Part shown: positions 27,957-36,481 of the stretch, one piece after another
Layout: each line of letters starts with the position of its first letter
Position numbering within the stretch: position 1 is the first letter of the stretch
Origin: an uncultured bacterium
GTDB taxonomy: Bacteria > Aquificota > Aquificia > Desulfurobacteriales > Desulfurobacteriaceae
Assembly (NCBI GenBank): GCA_964594265.1
Contig: CAZQLZ010000011.1
Location: 1-46,299 of the forward strand
Length of the DNA: 46,299 nucleotides
Direction: 5' to 3'
The notes under the pieces: generated by a model
What the model saw: only the letters and a program-made list of their open reading frames with translations
Databases searched by the model: none
What the model was told of the DNA's origin: nothing
Position numbers and translations under genes: made by a program

Positions 27957-30664
27957 TAAGACTTAGAAGCCTTAGACTCCAAGGCTTCCTCTCTCATAAA
28001 GAGACAGAACTCTCTTTTGACGATGAAGCTTATGTTATCCTTGGAGAAAACGCCTCCGGAAAGACCTCTATTTTGAGAGGAATTTTCTTTGCTCTATTTG
28101 GAAGGGACTTTTCAGCTGAAAAGTTAGAAAGAGTAGTGAACAGAGAATCAACAAGCTTACAGGTAGAACTCTCCTTTCTCCACAGAGGAACTAACTACAG
28201 GATCAGAAGAAAGTTTTCTGCACTAAGGAAAAAGAGCGAAGCAGAGCTTTATAAAAAGAACACTCTCTACGCCAGCGGCGTAAAGAACGTAAACCTTGTG
28301 ATTGAAAAAGAACTCGGCTTAGACCCCAATTTGTTCAGAAACACGGTTTACGTCCCACAGGGAGAGATACTCACCCTATTTAACCTCCAGAGAAAAGAAA
28401 AAAGACAGGTTTTAAACAGGCTCCTTGGCTTAGAGGAAATCGGTAAAAGACACGAGGAAGTAAAGAACTTCATCTCAAGGCTCAAAGCCCTAAGAGACTC
28501 CCTTCTTAAAAGAGAGGAGCTTTTAGAGGAAATAGAGTCTGAGCTTTTAAAAACTGAGAGGGAGATAGAGGAAAAAGAAGAGGAGCTAAGAAAAAAGGCA
28601 GAACAATTAAAGAAGGAGGAAGAGCTACTAAAAGAACAGGAAAAACTTTACGAAGGCTTATTAGAAAAAAGGGAAAAATTCCTAAGGCTAACAGACAACC
28701 TTTCCCGCATAGAGAAAGAGATAAAGGAAAGAGAGACCGAGCTAAAAGAACTATCCCAGAGGGTAGAGAAGATAAAAGTTCTTAAAGAGAAAATTCCGGA
28801 GTTAAATGAGCGTATTAAACTTCTTAAGCCCTTAAAAGAAATAAAGTCTCTCCTTTCTCAGATTGCAGAAAAGAAAAATGAGCTTTTAGCCCTCCAAAAT
28901 GAAACCTTAAGCCTTGAAAAGATAAAGGAGGAAGTGGAGAGTCTCCAGAAGGAGATACCGGAAATTGAAAAGGAACTAAGAGAAACGGGAGCTCTCTTTA
29001 AGGAGCGAGAAAAGGAGCTAAAAGAAGCCGAAGAGAAACTAAGGACACTAAGAGAAACCGAAAAGCTTTATAGGAGCTTTTTAGCGTCTTTTAAGGAAAA
29101 CGAAGAAAGACTCAAAAGAGTTGAAAAGGAGATTGAAAAAACTCCCGAGGTAGACCCCCAAGAAAGAGCCAAGAAGGTAGAAAGATTAAGGTCAGAAGTA
29201 GAAAAGCTAAGGGAAGAACTCTCCGCTTTAAAAGTCAAAATCTCTGAGGCTAAGAGGAAAAAAAATCTACTTGAAGAGGCAAACAGCCCAGAGTGTCCTG
29301 TGTGCGGCTCTCCAATGGAGGAGGAAAAGAGAAAAAAGCTTATAGAGGAGAGCAGAAAAGCAATAAAAGAAGCAGAGAAAAACTTAAAAAAGCTTGAAGA
29401 ACTTCTTAAATCTAAGGAAAAAGCTCTTAAAGAAGCAGAAAAGCTACTAAAGGAGGAACTTGTTAACGCAGAAAGGAGAAAGACCTTAGAGGAAGAAGAA
29501 AAGAGACTAAAAGAAAAACTATTGGAACTCCAGCAAAAGATGAAAGCGCTAAACTTTAAAGAGGAAGAAATTTCCTTACTTGAAAAAATAGACTCAGAAT
29601 TAAAGAAGGAAGTTGCCAAGCTAAAGGAAAGAATGGAGCTCCTAAGGAAGAGGCTATCTGAAACGGACAGAAAGATAAAAGAGCGCAGCAGTAAGTTTTC
29701 AGAGGAAAAACTTAGCCAGCTTCAAGAAAATATAAAAACTACAGAGAAAGAGATAGAAGAGCTCCTTTCAAGGATAAGGGAAATAAAGAAAGAATTTAAG
29801 CTCGGCGTATCCAGAGCAAGGGAGGTTGACAACGAGATAGAGAGACTTGAGAAGCTAAAGGAGGAACTCAACAAAATAGAAGGTGAGGTTAAAAACCTAC
29901 CGACCTACATTGGAGAAAAGGTCAAAAAGGAGAAAAGACTCAGGGAACTTATAGAAGAGAAGAGAAACCTCTTAGAGGCCATCAGGAGGTTAGACTTTAA
30001 AAAGAACGTTCTTGAAACTGTTGAAAAGACTCTTAAAAGACAAAAAGAAACCGTTGAAACCCTTAAAAGTTCCATCTCCAAGCTTGAAGGAGAGTTAAAA
30101 GCCCTAAGGAAAAAAGTAGATCTTGATAGAGAAAAGTTAAGGAGAAGGGAAAAAGAGTCTAAGCTCCTTGCAAAAACAGAAGATTCCTTAAGAATTCTTA
30201 AAGCAGTTTCAGAAGGTATTCATCCAGAAAAAGGTTTCCTCCAAAAAGTCAGAAAGTCCCTCTTGCCCCAAATTTCTCTCTACTGCCGTGAATTCTTTGA
30301 GGAGTTTGATTTTGAGTTTGGGGACTTAGAAATCTCTGAAGATTTAACCGTAACCTTTAGCGTTTCTGGCGGCAGGATGGAGCTCACAGACTTTTCCGGC
30401 GGTCAACAGATAGCCTTTGCTCTCTCACTCAGGTTTGCAATGGCACGCTACTTTGCCCAGAACTTTGAACTACTTATACTTGACGAACCAACCATTCACC
30501 TTGATCAGCAGAGGAGACAGGCGCTAACAGACTTACTACTAAAGCTAAAAGTTAAAATACCCCAAATGATAATAGTCACCCACGACCCAGAACTTGAGAT
30601 TGTTGGAGATAGAGTTGTAAGAGTTAAAAACGTTAACGGAGTTTCAAAAGTAACCGTAAGCTGA
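27953..30664 (+). CDS. sbcC: SbcC/Rad50-family ATPase with zinc hook
   Basis: Walker A GENASGKT, Q-loop VPQGE, long coiled coils with central CPVC, signature FSGGQ, Walker B LILDEPT, VTHD. ATG at 27953 follows GAGGAG. Confidence 0.88.
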   Translation: MIRLRSLRLQGFLSHKETELSFDDEAYVILGENASGKTSILRGIFFALFGRDFSAEKLERVVNRESTSLQVELSFLHRGTNYRIRRKFSALRKKSEAELYKKNTLYASGVKNVNLVIEKELGLDPNLFRNTVYVPQGEILTLFNLQRKEKRQVLNRLLGLEEIGKRHEEVKNFISRLKALRDSLLKREELLEEIESELLKTEREIEEKEEELRKKAEQLKKEEELLKEQEKLYEGLLEKREKFLRLTDNLSRIEKEIKERETELKELSQRVEKIKVLKEKIPELNERIKLLKPLKEIKSLLSQIAEKKNELLALQNETLSLEKIKEEVESLQKEIPEIEKELRETGALFKEREKELKEAEEKLRTLRETEKLYRSFLASFKENEERLKRVEKEIEKTPEVDPQERAKKVERLRSEVEKLREELSALKVKISEAKRKKNLLEEANSPECPVCGSPMEEEKRKKLIEESRKAIKEAEKNLKKLEELLKSKEKALKEAEKLLKEELVNAERRKTLEEEEKRLKEKLLELQQKMKALNFKEEEISLLEKIDSELKKEVAKLKERMELLRKRLSETDRKIKERSSKFSEEKLSQLQENIKTTEKEIEELLSRIREIKKEFKLGVSRAREVDNEIERLEKLKEELNKIEGEVKNLPTYIGEKVKKEKRLRELIEEKRNLLEAIRRLDFKKNVLETVEKTLKRQKETVETLKSSISKLEGELKALRKKVDLDREKLRRREKESKLLAKTEDSLRILKAVSEGIHPEKGFLQKVRKSLLPQISLYCREFFEEFDFEFGDLEISEDLTVTFSVSGGRMELTDFSGGQQIAFALSLRFAMARYFAQNFELLILDEPTIHLDQQRRQALTDLLLKLKVKIPQMIIVTHDPELEIVGDRVVRVKNVNGVSKVTVS

Positions 30665-30673
30665 CCTTCGGAG

Positions 30674-31636
30674 GTGGAGTTGATAAAAGTAACCTTAGAG
30701 CTCAGCCCAGAAGACTTCTACACAATAGTAGGACACAGAGAAGAGAATCTTAAAAAACTTGCGGAAATTTTAAACGTTCAACTCGGTTCCCGAGGCAACG
30801 AGATAATGATAAGCGGTAGTGTAGAGGACGAGGAAAGAGCTAAAAGGTTCTTTAAAGAGCTTGAAGGACTTGTAAAGTCAGGACACAAGTTAACAAAGGC
30901 GGATGTTGACATGTATATGACGCAACTCTCAAGTGGTAGGGAAGCAAAGATAATAGAAACCGCAGAGGAAATCGTTACTACCTACAGAGGAAAAAAAATC
31001 GTAGCAAAGACCCCAACTCAGAAAAGATACATAGAGGCCATAAGAAAAAACGATATAGTCTTTGGTGTCGGACCCGCGGGAACGGGAAAAACTTATTTGG
31101 CCGTTGCAGCGGCCGTATCCTACTTTAAGAGCGGAAAGATTAACAGGATTATCCTGACAAGGCCTGCCGTTGAGGCGGGAGAAAAGCTCGGATTCTTGCC
31201 GGGAACGCTTCAGGAAAAGATAGACCCTTACCTTAAACCTCTCTATGACGCTCTATTTGAGATGATTGAACCGGAAAAAGTTAACTCTTTTTTGGAAAGG
31301 AATATCTTTGAGATAGCTCCTCTTGCCTACATGAGGGGAAGGACGCTCAACGACGCGTTTATAATTCTTGACGAAGCTCAGAACACAACGAAGGAACAGA
31401 TGAAAATGTTCCTAACAAGGCTCGGTTTTGGCTCTAAGGTTGTCATAACCGGAGACATAACACAAATTGATCTACCATCAAAGGAAAGATCAGGATTGGT
31501 TCAGGCTCTTAAAATTCTCAAAGGTATAAGAGGAATTGACATCGTTGAGTTCTCAAGAAAAGACGTTGTAAGACACAGACTTGTTCAGGAGATAATAAAG
31601 GCCTATGAAGAGCATGAAAGCGGAGAAGAGAGATAA
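30674..31636 (+). CDS. phoH: PhoH-family ATPase with N-terminal KH-like domain
   Basis: GPAGTGKT, RPAVEAGEKLGFLPG, AYMRGRTL, DEAQN, TGDITQIDL, VVRH. Confidence 0.95.
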   Translation: MELIKVTLELSPEDFYTIVGHREENLKKLAEILNVQLGSRGNEIMISGSVEDEERAKRFFKELEGLVKSGHKLTKADVDMYMTQLSSGREAKIIETAEEIVTTYRGKKIVAKTPTQKRYIEAIRKNDIVFGVGPAGTGKTYLAVAAAVSYFKSGKINRIILTRPAVEAGEKLGFLPGTLQEKIDPYLKPLYDALFEMIEPEKVNSFLERNIFEIAPLAYMRGRTLNDAFIILDEAQNTTKEQMKMFLTRLGFGSKVVITGDITQIDLPSKERSGLVQALKILKGIRGIDIVEFSRKDVVRHRLVQEIIKAYEEHESGEER

Positions 31637-33665
31637 CTGGTATATATACGGTCTGATACTCCTTTGCGCCATTTTAGCCACATTCATTATGCTTCCTTTT
31701 AACTTTATAAATATCCCCGAGCTCCGTCCGGGAGACATCAGCCCCGTTGACATACGTTCTCCTGTAAGCGTAAAGGTAGAGGACGTAAGAGCAACAGAAA
31801 GAGCTCGGGAAAAAGCCAAACAAAAGATTGAACCCATCTATAGTTACGATCCTTCTGCCGAAAAAGAGCTGGACAGAAGCCTTAAAAATATCAAGGAACT
31901 AACTTCCGAACAGAGAAATCTTCTAAAGGATATCCTTTTTTCTTACTACAAAAAAGGCATAATTTCCGAAATACCTAAAGGTTACCAGAACATAATCATC
32001 CTCCTACCATCAGGCAAAAAAGTTAAGAAGAACAGCGGAGAACTTCTAAAACTATCCGAAATTGAAAGCCAGCTAAAGGATGACCTCTCTCACTTCTTCC
32101 AGGACAAAGAACAGATTGAAAAAATCGCAAGCAAGATTGCACAAATAATTAAGCCAAACTACGTGTTTCAGAAAGAAAAAACCGAAACTCTATGGAAAGA
32201 AGCAGAATCAAAAGTTAAACCAATCTACATAACGCTCCAGAAAGGAGAAATAATCGTAAAGAAAGGAGAAAAAGTTTCCCCAGAAATTGCCAAAAAGATT
32301 GAAGTCCTCCGAAAGGAAAAAAGTCGGGGTAAGGAACTTAACAAGTACATTTCTCTATTTCTCCTCTCCATTACCCTTTTCTACTTGACAGTAAAGCTCT
32401 ACAGAATTACCAGTCCATCGGCTTTCAACCTGAAAAATGTCATTTTCTCTTTCTCCATAATTACGCTTGACATAATTCTCATAAGGGGATTTACCTTTAT
32501 GGCAAAACTCTTACTTGAAACTCTCAACCTACCCGTAAACGAACATTTAATCTATGTTCCTGTAGTTACATCAACAGTTTTTGCCTCAATGTTCATAACC
32601 AAAAAGGTAGCAACTATTCACAGCTTCCCTGTTGCAATTATCCCTTCCTTCATTCTGCCAAGACCTGAGCTCTTCATAATACCCGTCGCAATAGGTAGTA
32701 TCTTTTCCTGCCTTGATTCGCGAAAGTACAGGAACAGGGAAACAATATACAAAAGCGCCCTCACAACAGGACTAATAATATCTGCCGTTCAACTTATCCT
32801 CTTAACCTACATGAACGGTCTCAAGACAACCCCCGAAATGGTAGCTCTTCCAAGCTTTGCCATCTTCGGTTCTGTAATTGCAGCAGTCGTCGTCAACGGT
32901 CTTAGCCCTCTCTTTATTTACCTCTTTAAATTTTCAACGGATATGGTCTATATGGAATTAATAAACCTTAATCACCCGCTACTCCGTAAGTTCATCCTCA
33001 AAGCTCCCGGAACTTACAACCATTCAGTAATGGTTGCAACCTTAGCCGAAGCTGCTGCAGAAACCATAGGAGCAAATGCTGTTCTCGCAAAGGCAGGAGG
33101 TCTTTTCCACGACATAGGAAAGCTCAAAAACCCGCAGGCTTTTGTAGAAAACCAATCAGAAGGAATTAACATCCACGATAAGCTTCCCCCGGAAAAAAGT
33201 GCTGCAATCCTGAGAGCCCACGTTGAGCATGGAGAAGAATTGGGAAGGAAGTACAAACTACCTGAGAGAATAATAGACATCATCAAGCAACATCACGGAA
33301 CAAAGCTTATGAAGTACTTTTATCACAAGGCTAAAGAAATGTACGGTGAGGAGAAAGTAGACGAAAAGAAGTTTAGATACCCCGGCCCTAAACCCCAGTT
33401 TAAGGAAGCCGGAATCGTTATGCTTGCAGACACAGTTGAAGCTGCCATAAGGTCAATGAAGGATAAGAACATCAACCTCGACGAAGCCATACACAGACTT
33501 ATAATGGAAACAATAGAAGACGGTCAGCTAAATCAGAGTGGGCTTTCACTGAAAGACATTTCGCTGATAGAAAAGGTCTTCAAGAAGGTGTTATCCGGCA
33601 TCTACCACAACAGGATAGAATATCCCGAGGATGGAGACAGTAAGGAAAATAGTAAAGGGACTTAA
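31614..33665 (+). CDS. pgpH: 7TM-HD phosphohydrolase (PgpH-like cyclic-di-AMP phosphodiesterase family)
   Basis: N-terminal TM, large extracytoplasmic domain, TM bundle, then HD domain APGTYNHS, FHDIGK, FVENQ, QHHGT, FRYPGPKPQ, MLAD. Start may be 31605 or 31614. Confidence 0.82.
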   Translation: MKAEKRDNWYIYGLILLCAILATFIMLPFNFINIPELRPGDISPVDIRSPVSVKVEDVRATERAREKAKQKIEPIYSYDPSAEKELDRSLKNIKELTSEQRNLLKDILFSYYKKGIISEIPKGYQNIIILLPSGKKVKKNSGELLKLSEIESQLKDDLSHFFQDKEQIEKIASKIAQIIKPNYVFQKEKTETLWKEAESKVKPIYITLQKGEIIVKKGEKVSPEIAKKIEVLRKEKSRGKELNKYISLFLLSITLFYLTVKLYRITSPSAFNLKNVIFSFSIITLDIILIRGFTFMAKLLLETLNLPVNEHLIYVPVVTSTVFASMFITKKVATIHSFPVAIIPSFILPRPELFIIPVAIGSIFSCLDSRKYRNRETIYKSALTTGLIISAVQLILLTYMNGLKTTPEMVALPSFAIFGSVIAAVVVNGLSPLFIYLFKFSTDMVYMELINLNHPLLRKFILKAPGTYNHSVMVATLAEAAAETIGANAVLAKAGGLFHDIGKLKNPQAFVENQSEGINIHDKLPPEKSAAILRAHVEHGEELGRKYKLPERIIDIIKQHHGTKLMKYFYHKAKEMYGEEKVDEKKFRYPGPKPQFKEAGIVMLADTVEAAIRSMKDKNINLDEAIHRLIMETIEDGQLNQSGLSLKDISLIEKVFKKVLSGIYHNRIEYPEDGDSKENSKGT

Positions 33666-33993
33666 CTTCGCTTTAGAAGGCTTTTTCTTTGCTTTTAAAA
33701 GCGACCAGCACTTTCGGATAAACCTCTTTTTAAGTTTAGTAGGAACGTTTCTTTCCCTGATTTTACTTGAAGGATGTCTCTCACTGATTCTTGCTTTTAT
33801 AAACTACTCAGTTCTCATAGCAGAGTTCTTTAACACTGCCATAGAAAGAGCCGTTGATACAGCCACTTTAGAGTTTCACCCGCTGGCAAAAGCGTCAAAG
33901 GACATTGCATCTGCTGCCGTACTAACGACAGGGATATTTGCCTTAGTAGCCGATCTAATCTACTTGCTCCCCGCTATCCTCTCTATCCTCTGA
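33631..33993 (+). CDS. dgkA: Diacylglycerol/undecaprenol kinase family protein
   Basis: FALEG, EFFNTAIERAVD, AKASKDIASAAV. Confidence 0.88.
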   Translation: METVRKIVKGLNFALEGFFFAFKSDQHFRINLFLSLVGTFLSLILLEGCLSLILAFINYSVLIAEFFNTAIERAVDTATLEFHPLAKASKDIASAAVLTTGIFALVADLIYLLPAILSIL

Positions 33994-34473
33994 ACGAGAC
34001 ACAGTCCTTAGTATTAACTTCTTTATCTCTGTCTCGTAGGATCTAATGAGACCGCCAACTATGTGGTAGTAAGCAAGAGTAACCACAGCAACAACTATAC
34101 CTAAAGCCGTAGCCTGCAGGGCAAAAGCTATTCCCCTGCTTACAGCTGTTATGTCCGATACTCCTCTTTCTGCCATTGTTACAAATGAATTCATAATGCC
34201 GAAAACTGTTCCCAGAAGTCCCAAGAGCGGTGATGCCGTTACTACAAACGCTATAACGCTCCTACCTCTCTTTAGTCTTGAAACGTAGGTATGGTACAGA
34301 ATTTCCGCTGTTTTTTCATCTGCCCCTTCGGTTTCTTTAATAAGAAGCCTCCTCTCTGCCGGGAAGGCAAAGACAAAGTAGAGGAGTCTTTCTATAAAAA
34401 CGACACTGGCCAAGAAGAACAGGAAATAGAGAGAAAAGAAAACACCCTTGTGAGCTATTTCCAGATCTATCAC
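33955..34473 (-). CDS. exbB: MotA/TolQ/ExbB proton channel family protein
   Basis: SPLLGLLGTVFGIMNSF and GIAFALQATALGI. GTG at 34473 follows GGAGG; the track start is too far upstream. Confidence 0.85.
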   Translation of the reverse strand: MIDLEIAHKGVFFSLYFLFFLASVVFIERLLYFVFAFPAERRLLIKETEGADEKTAEILYHTYVSRLKRGRSVIAFVVTASPLLGLLGTVFGIMNSFVTMAERGVSDITAVSRGIAFALQATALGIVVAVVTLAYYHIVGGLIRSYETEIKKLILRTVSRSEDREDSGEQVD

Positions 34474-34487
34474 GATAAATCCTCCGA

Positions 34488-34511
34488 GTAAAATATGTAT
34501 AATCATTTTAC
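34488..34511. promoter_or_regulatory. AT-rich palindrome overlapping back-to-back -10 elements between exbB and exbD
   Basis: GTAAAAT(34488-34494)...ATTTTAC(34505-34511) is a perfect inverted repeat, with a nested 7-1-7 GTATAAT-C-ATTTTAC. TATAAT on + (34498-34503) and TAAAAT on - (34510-34505). Confidence 0.5.
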
Positions 34512-34533
34512 ACCAAAATTTCTTGAGGTAAGT

Positions 34534-34962
34534 ATGTTCCGATTTAGAGACCACGAAACCGAAGAGAAACCCGAGCTGGTAATAATCCCTATGGTTGACG
34601 TAATGCTCTTTCTACTGGCCTTTTTTGTTCTCATAGCAGGAAGCATCATTCCAGGCCTTGCGATAAAGACAAACCCTCCTGAGACCATTCAGAAATCCTC
34701 TTTCCAGCCCAAGAGAGAAGTAGTTACCATAGTTATCAAAAAAGATGGTTCTTTCTGGTACGGAAAACAAAGACTCACATTTAAACAACTCGTAAGGCTT
34801 TTAAAGAGTTTTAAGAAGAAAAACCCACAAGTTTCTCTCGCTATAAACGCCGACAAGGAGTCAAGCATTCAGTCTCTTGTAAACGTCCTTGATGCGGCTC
34901 AAGAGGCAAAAATCAATTCCATAGGACTTATAGCGAAGGAAAAAGATGAGAGCTCCCGTTAG
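34534..34962 (+). CDS. exbD: Biopolymer transporter ExbD/TolR
   Basis: IIPMVDVMLFLLAFF TM with conserved Asp; INADK..SIQ.LVNVLD. ATG at 34534 follows GAGGT. Confidence 0.9.
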   Translation: MFRFRDHETEEKPELVIIPMVDVMLFLLAFFVLIAGSIIPGLAIKTNPPETIQKSSFQPKREVVTIVIKKDGSFWYGKQRLTFKQLVRLLKSFKKKNPQVSLAINADKESSIQSLVNVLDAAQEAKINSIGLIAKEKDESSR

Positions 34963-35578
34963 ACTCTTGATAGCCCTACTTACAGCAGCCATCTTGGAAG
35001 TTGGCTTCTTCTTTATATCAAAGAGCGTGATTAAACCACCAAAGAGAGAAGTTAAGAGAGTCATAAAGATTTCTCTCCTAAAACCTGAAAAGAAAACTGT
35101 TGTTGTAAGAAAGGAAATCGGTCAACCCACAAAGAAAAGGACTCCACTACCTTCTCCAAAGAGCAAGCCAAAACTAAAATCCAAGAAACCACGTAAACAA
35201 CCGATAAAGAAACAGAGGAAAGAGCAAAAAAGAACAAAACCCAGAAAACCCGGTGGTTTAAAACCCCTTCAGGGTAACCTTCCTTTAAGTTACCTTGAGG
35301 CTGTAAAATCTGCCATAGAGGAAAACATCTTCTATCCCTTGGAGGCCATAGAGAGAGGAGAAGAGGGAATTGTTGAAGTAAAGTTTACGATAAACAGAGA
35401 AGGAAGAGTTCTAACCTGCAAACCGATTAAAGGAGAAAGCCACATCTTAAGGGAAGCTACCTGTATGGCAATAAAGAGAGCAAAGTTTCCGCCCATACCT
35501 GAAAGCGTAAAGAACGACTCTTTAAGCTTTCAGCTGGAAATTGAGTACGACCTTAAAAAGGCCTTCGGTGGAACATAA
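34946..35578 (+). CDS. tonB: Energy transducer TonB
   Basis: N-terminal TM, Lys/Pro-rich linker, C-terminal YPLEAIERGEEGIVEVKFTINREG. Confidence 0.88.
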   Translation: MRAPVRLLIALLTAAILEVGFFFISKSVIKPPKREVKRVIKISLLKPEKKTVVVRKEIGQPTKKRTPLPSPKSKPKLKSKKPRKQPIKKQRKEQKRTKPRKPGGLKPLQGNLPLSYLEAVKSAIEENIFYPLEAIERGEEGIVEVKFTINREGRVLTCKPIKGESHILREATCMAIKRAKFPPIPESVKNDSLSFQLEIEYDLKKAFGGT

Positions 35579-36103
35579 TCATTTTTCAGGTTTAACCTTT
35601 TCAATCTTAACCGAAGGAATCCTTAAGTTATTAAGGCGTTCCTCCAGTTCTGAAATTTTGCTATCTAATCCAGAAATCCTACCAGAGAGCTCTCCTCTTA
35701 AAGCAGAAAGTTCTGAGCGCAAAATTTGGAGCTCTGCTTTTAATTCTTCTACTCTACTGTCAGCATAGCTCTTTACACTTTCAGTAGTAGCTTTGAGCTC
35801 TTCTTTCAAGTTTTCAAGAACTGCCTCTCTACTTTTAACCTCTCTATCAAGCTCCTCTATCAAGTCTTCCAGCTTTATTAACCTCTGTTCTAAAGAGGAA
35901 ATAGAAACCTTCAACTTTGGGATTTCTTCCTTAACAGAGAGATGTTTCTTTTCAAGAGCTTTTAGTTCCTTCTCAAGCTCCGACTGCTTAAGCTCAAGTA
36001 CCTGAAGCTTTGCTTCAAGAGCATTCACCCTGAGTTCTTGCTGCTGTCCTGCAACTGTACAGGAAGCAAGAAAAAAACCCGCAACAAATACCCATCTTTT
36101 CAT
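35579..36103 (-). CDS. Coiled-coil lipoprotein of unknown function
   Basis: ATG at 36103 after AGGGG; MKRWVFVAGFFLASC has a lipobox; the rest is nearly continuous heptad repeat. Confidence 0.75.
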   Translation of the reverse strand: MKRWVFVAGFFLASCTVAGQQQELRVNALEAKLQVLELKQSELEKELKALEKKHLSVKEEIPKLKVSISSLEQRLIKLEDLIEELDREVKSREAVLENLKEELKATTESVKSYADSRVEELKAELQILRSELSALRGELSGRISGLDSKISELEERLNNLRIPSVKIEKVKPEK

Positions 36104-36115
36104 CTTCCCCTGGTT

Positions 36116-36427
36116 AACAGAACTGCACATTAATGAACTTTGCAGTTCCGTTGGTGGGCTATTTCTATTCCGCCTTTTTCAGGATGGTCACACCCACCAG
36201 GCGGTTTTTGACCATCCATAGTCCCTCCACCAGGTAGAGGAACTAACCCTTCTGCCTCTTCCTCCCACAGTCCCTCTTCGGGATGGGATTTCTCCCAAGG
36301 AGGAAGAAGGCAGGGGCTACTCCAGAAACTCACTGGCTTTTTTGTCTCTCCTTTTGAGAGACCCCTCACAGACTTGTCCCCAGAGGTCTGCTGTTGGGCA
36401 GCCAATTCGCTTCTGGAGCTTTGGAGT
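36116..36427 (-). ncRNA. Unassigned highly structured RNA (ncRNA or long 5' leader)
   Basis: Five consecutive helical domains, G-U pairs valid only on the minus strand, GAAA tetraloop, potential pseudoknots; see findings. Confidence 0.7.
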
Positions 36428-36433
36428 AAGTTA

Positions 36434-36442
36434 ATTGTAGCA
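36434..36442 (-). promoter_or_regulatory. Candidate extended -10 promoter (TG-C-TACAAT)
   Basis: Minus strand reads TGcTACAAT at 36442-36434, about 15 nt before the first helix; no good -35 hexamer. Confidence 0.55.
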
Positions 36443-36481
36443 GATTACATGAAACTAAAAATGTTTTTTAATGTTCACCAA

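Noticed and set aside
29068-29619. 183-aa Ser/Phe/Leu-rich antisense ORF and purine-rich low-complexity DNA
   Set aside because: Mirror of the Glu/Lys coiled-coil codons of sbcC; not a repeat element.
27953-30664. Calling this the condensin SMC partner of scpB, or a defence-system SMC
   Set aside because: It has a central CPVC zinc hook rather than a hinge domain, and no kleisin or effector genes are adjacent.
36130-36405. 91-aa ORF across the structured region, with a TAATG overlap into the extended lipoprotein frame
   Set aside because: TTG start without an RBS and Pro/Gly/Trp-rich composition unlike host proteins; the sequence is better explained by RNA helices. Translation is not formally excluded.
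36116-36427. Identification as RNase P RNA, tmRNA, SRP RNA, 6S RNA, or a cobalamin, c-di-GMP or c-di-AMP riboswitch
   Set aside because: No GAGGAAAGUCC, no tRNA-like T-arm before the TCCACCA at 36226-36232, no tag ORF, no SRP GGAA/AGCAG domain, no single long 6S hairpin, and no riboswitch consensus found by eye on either strand.
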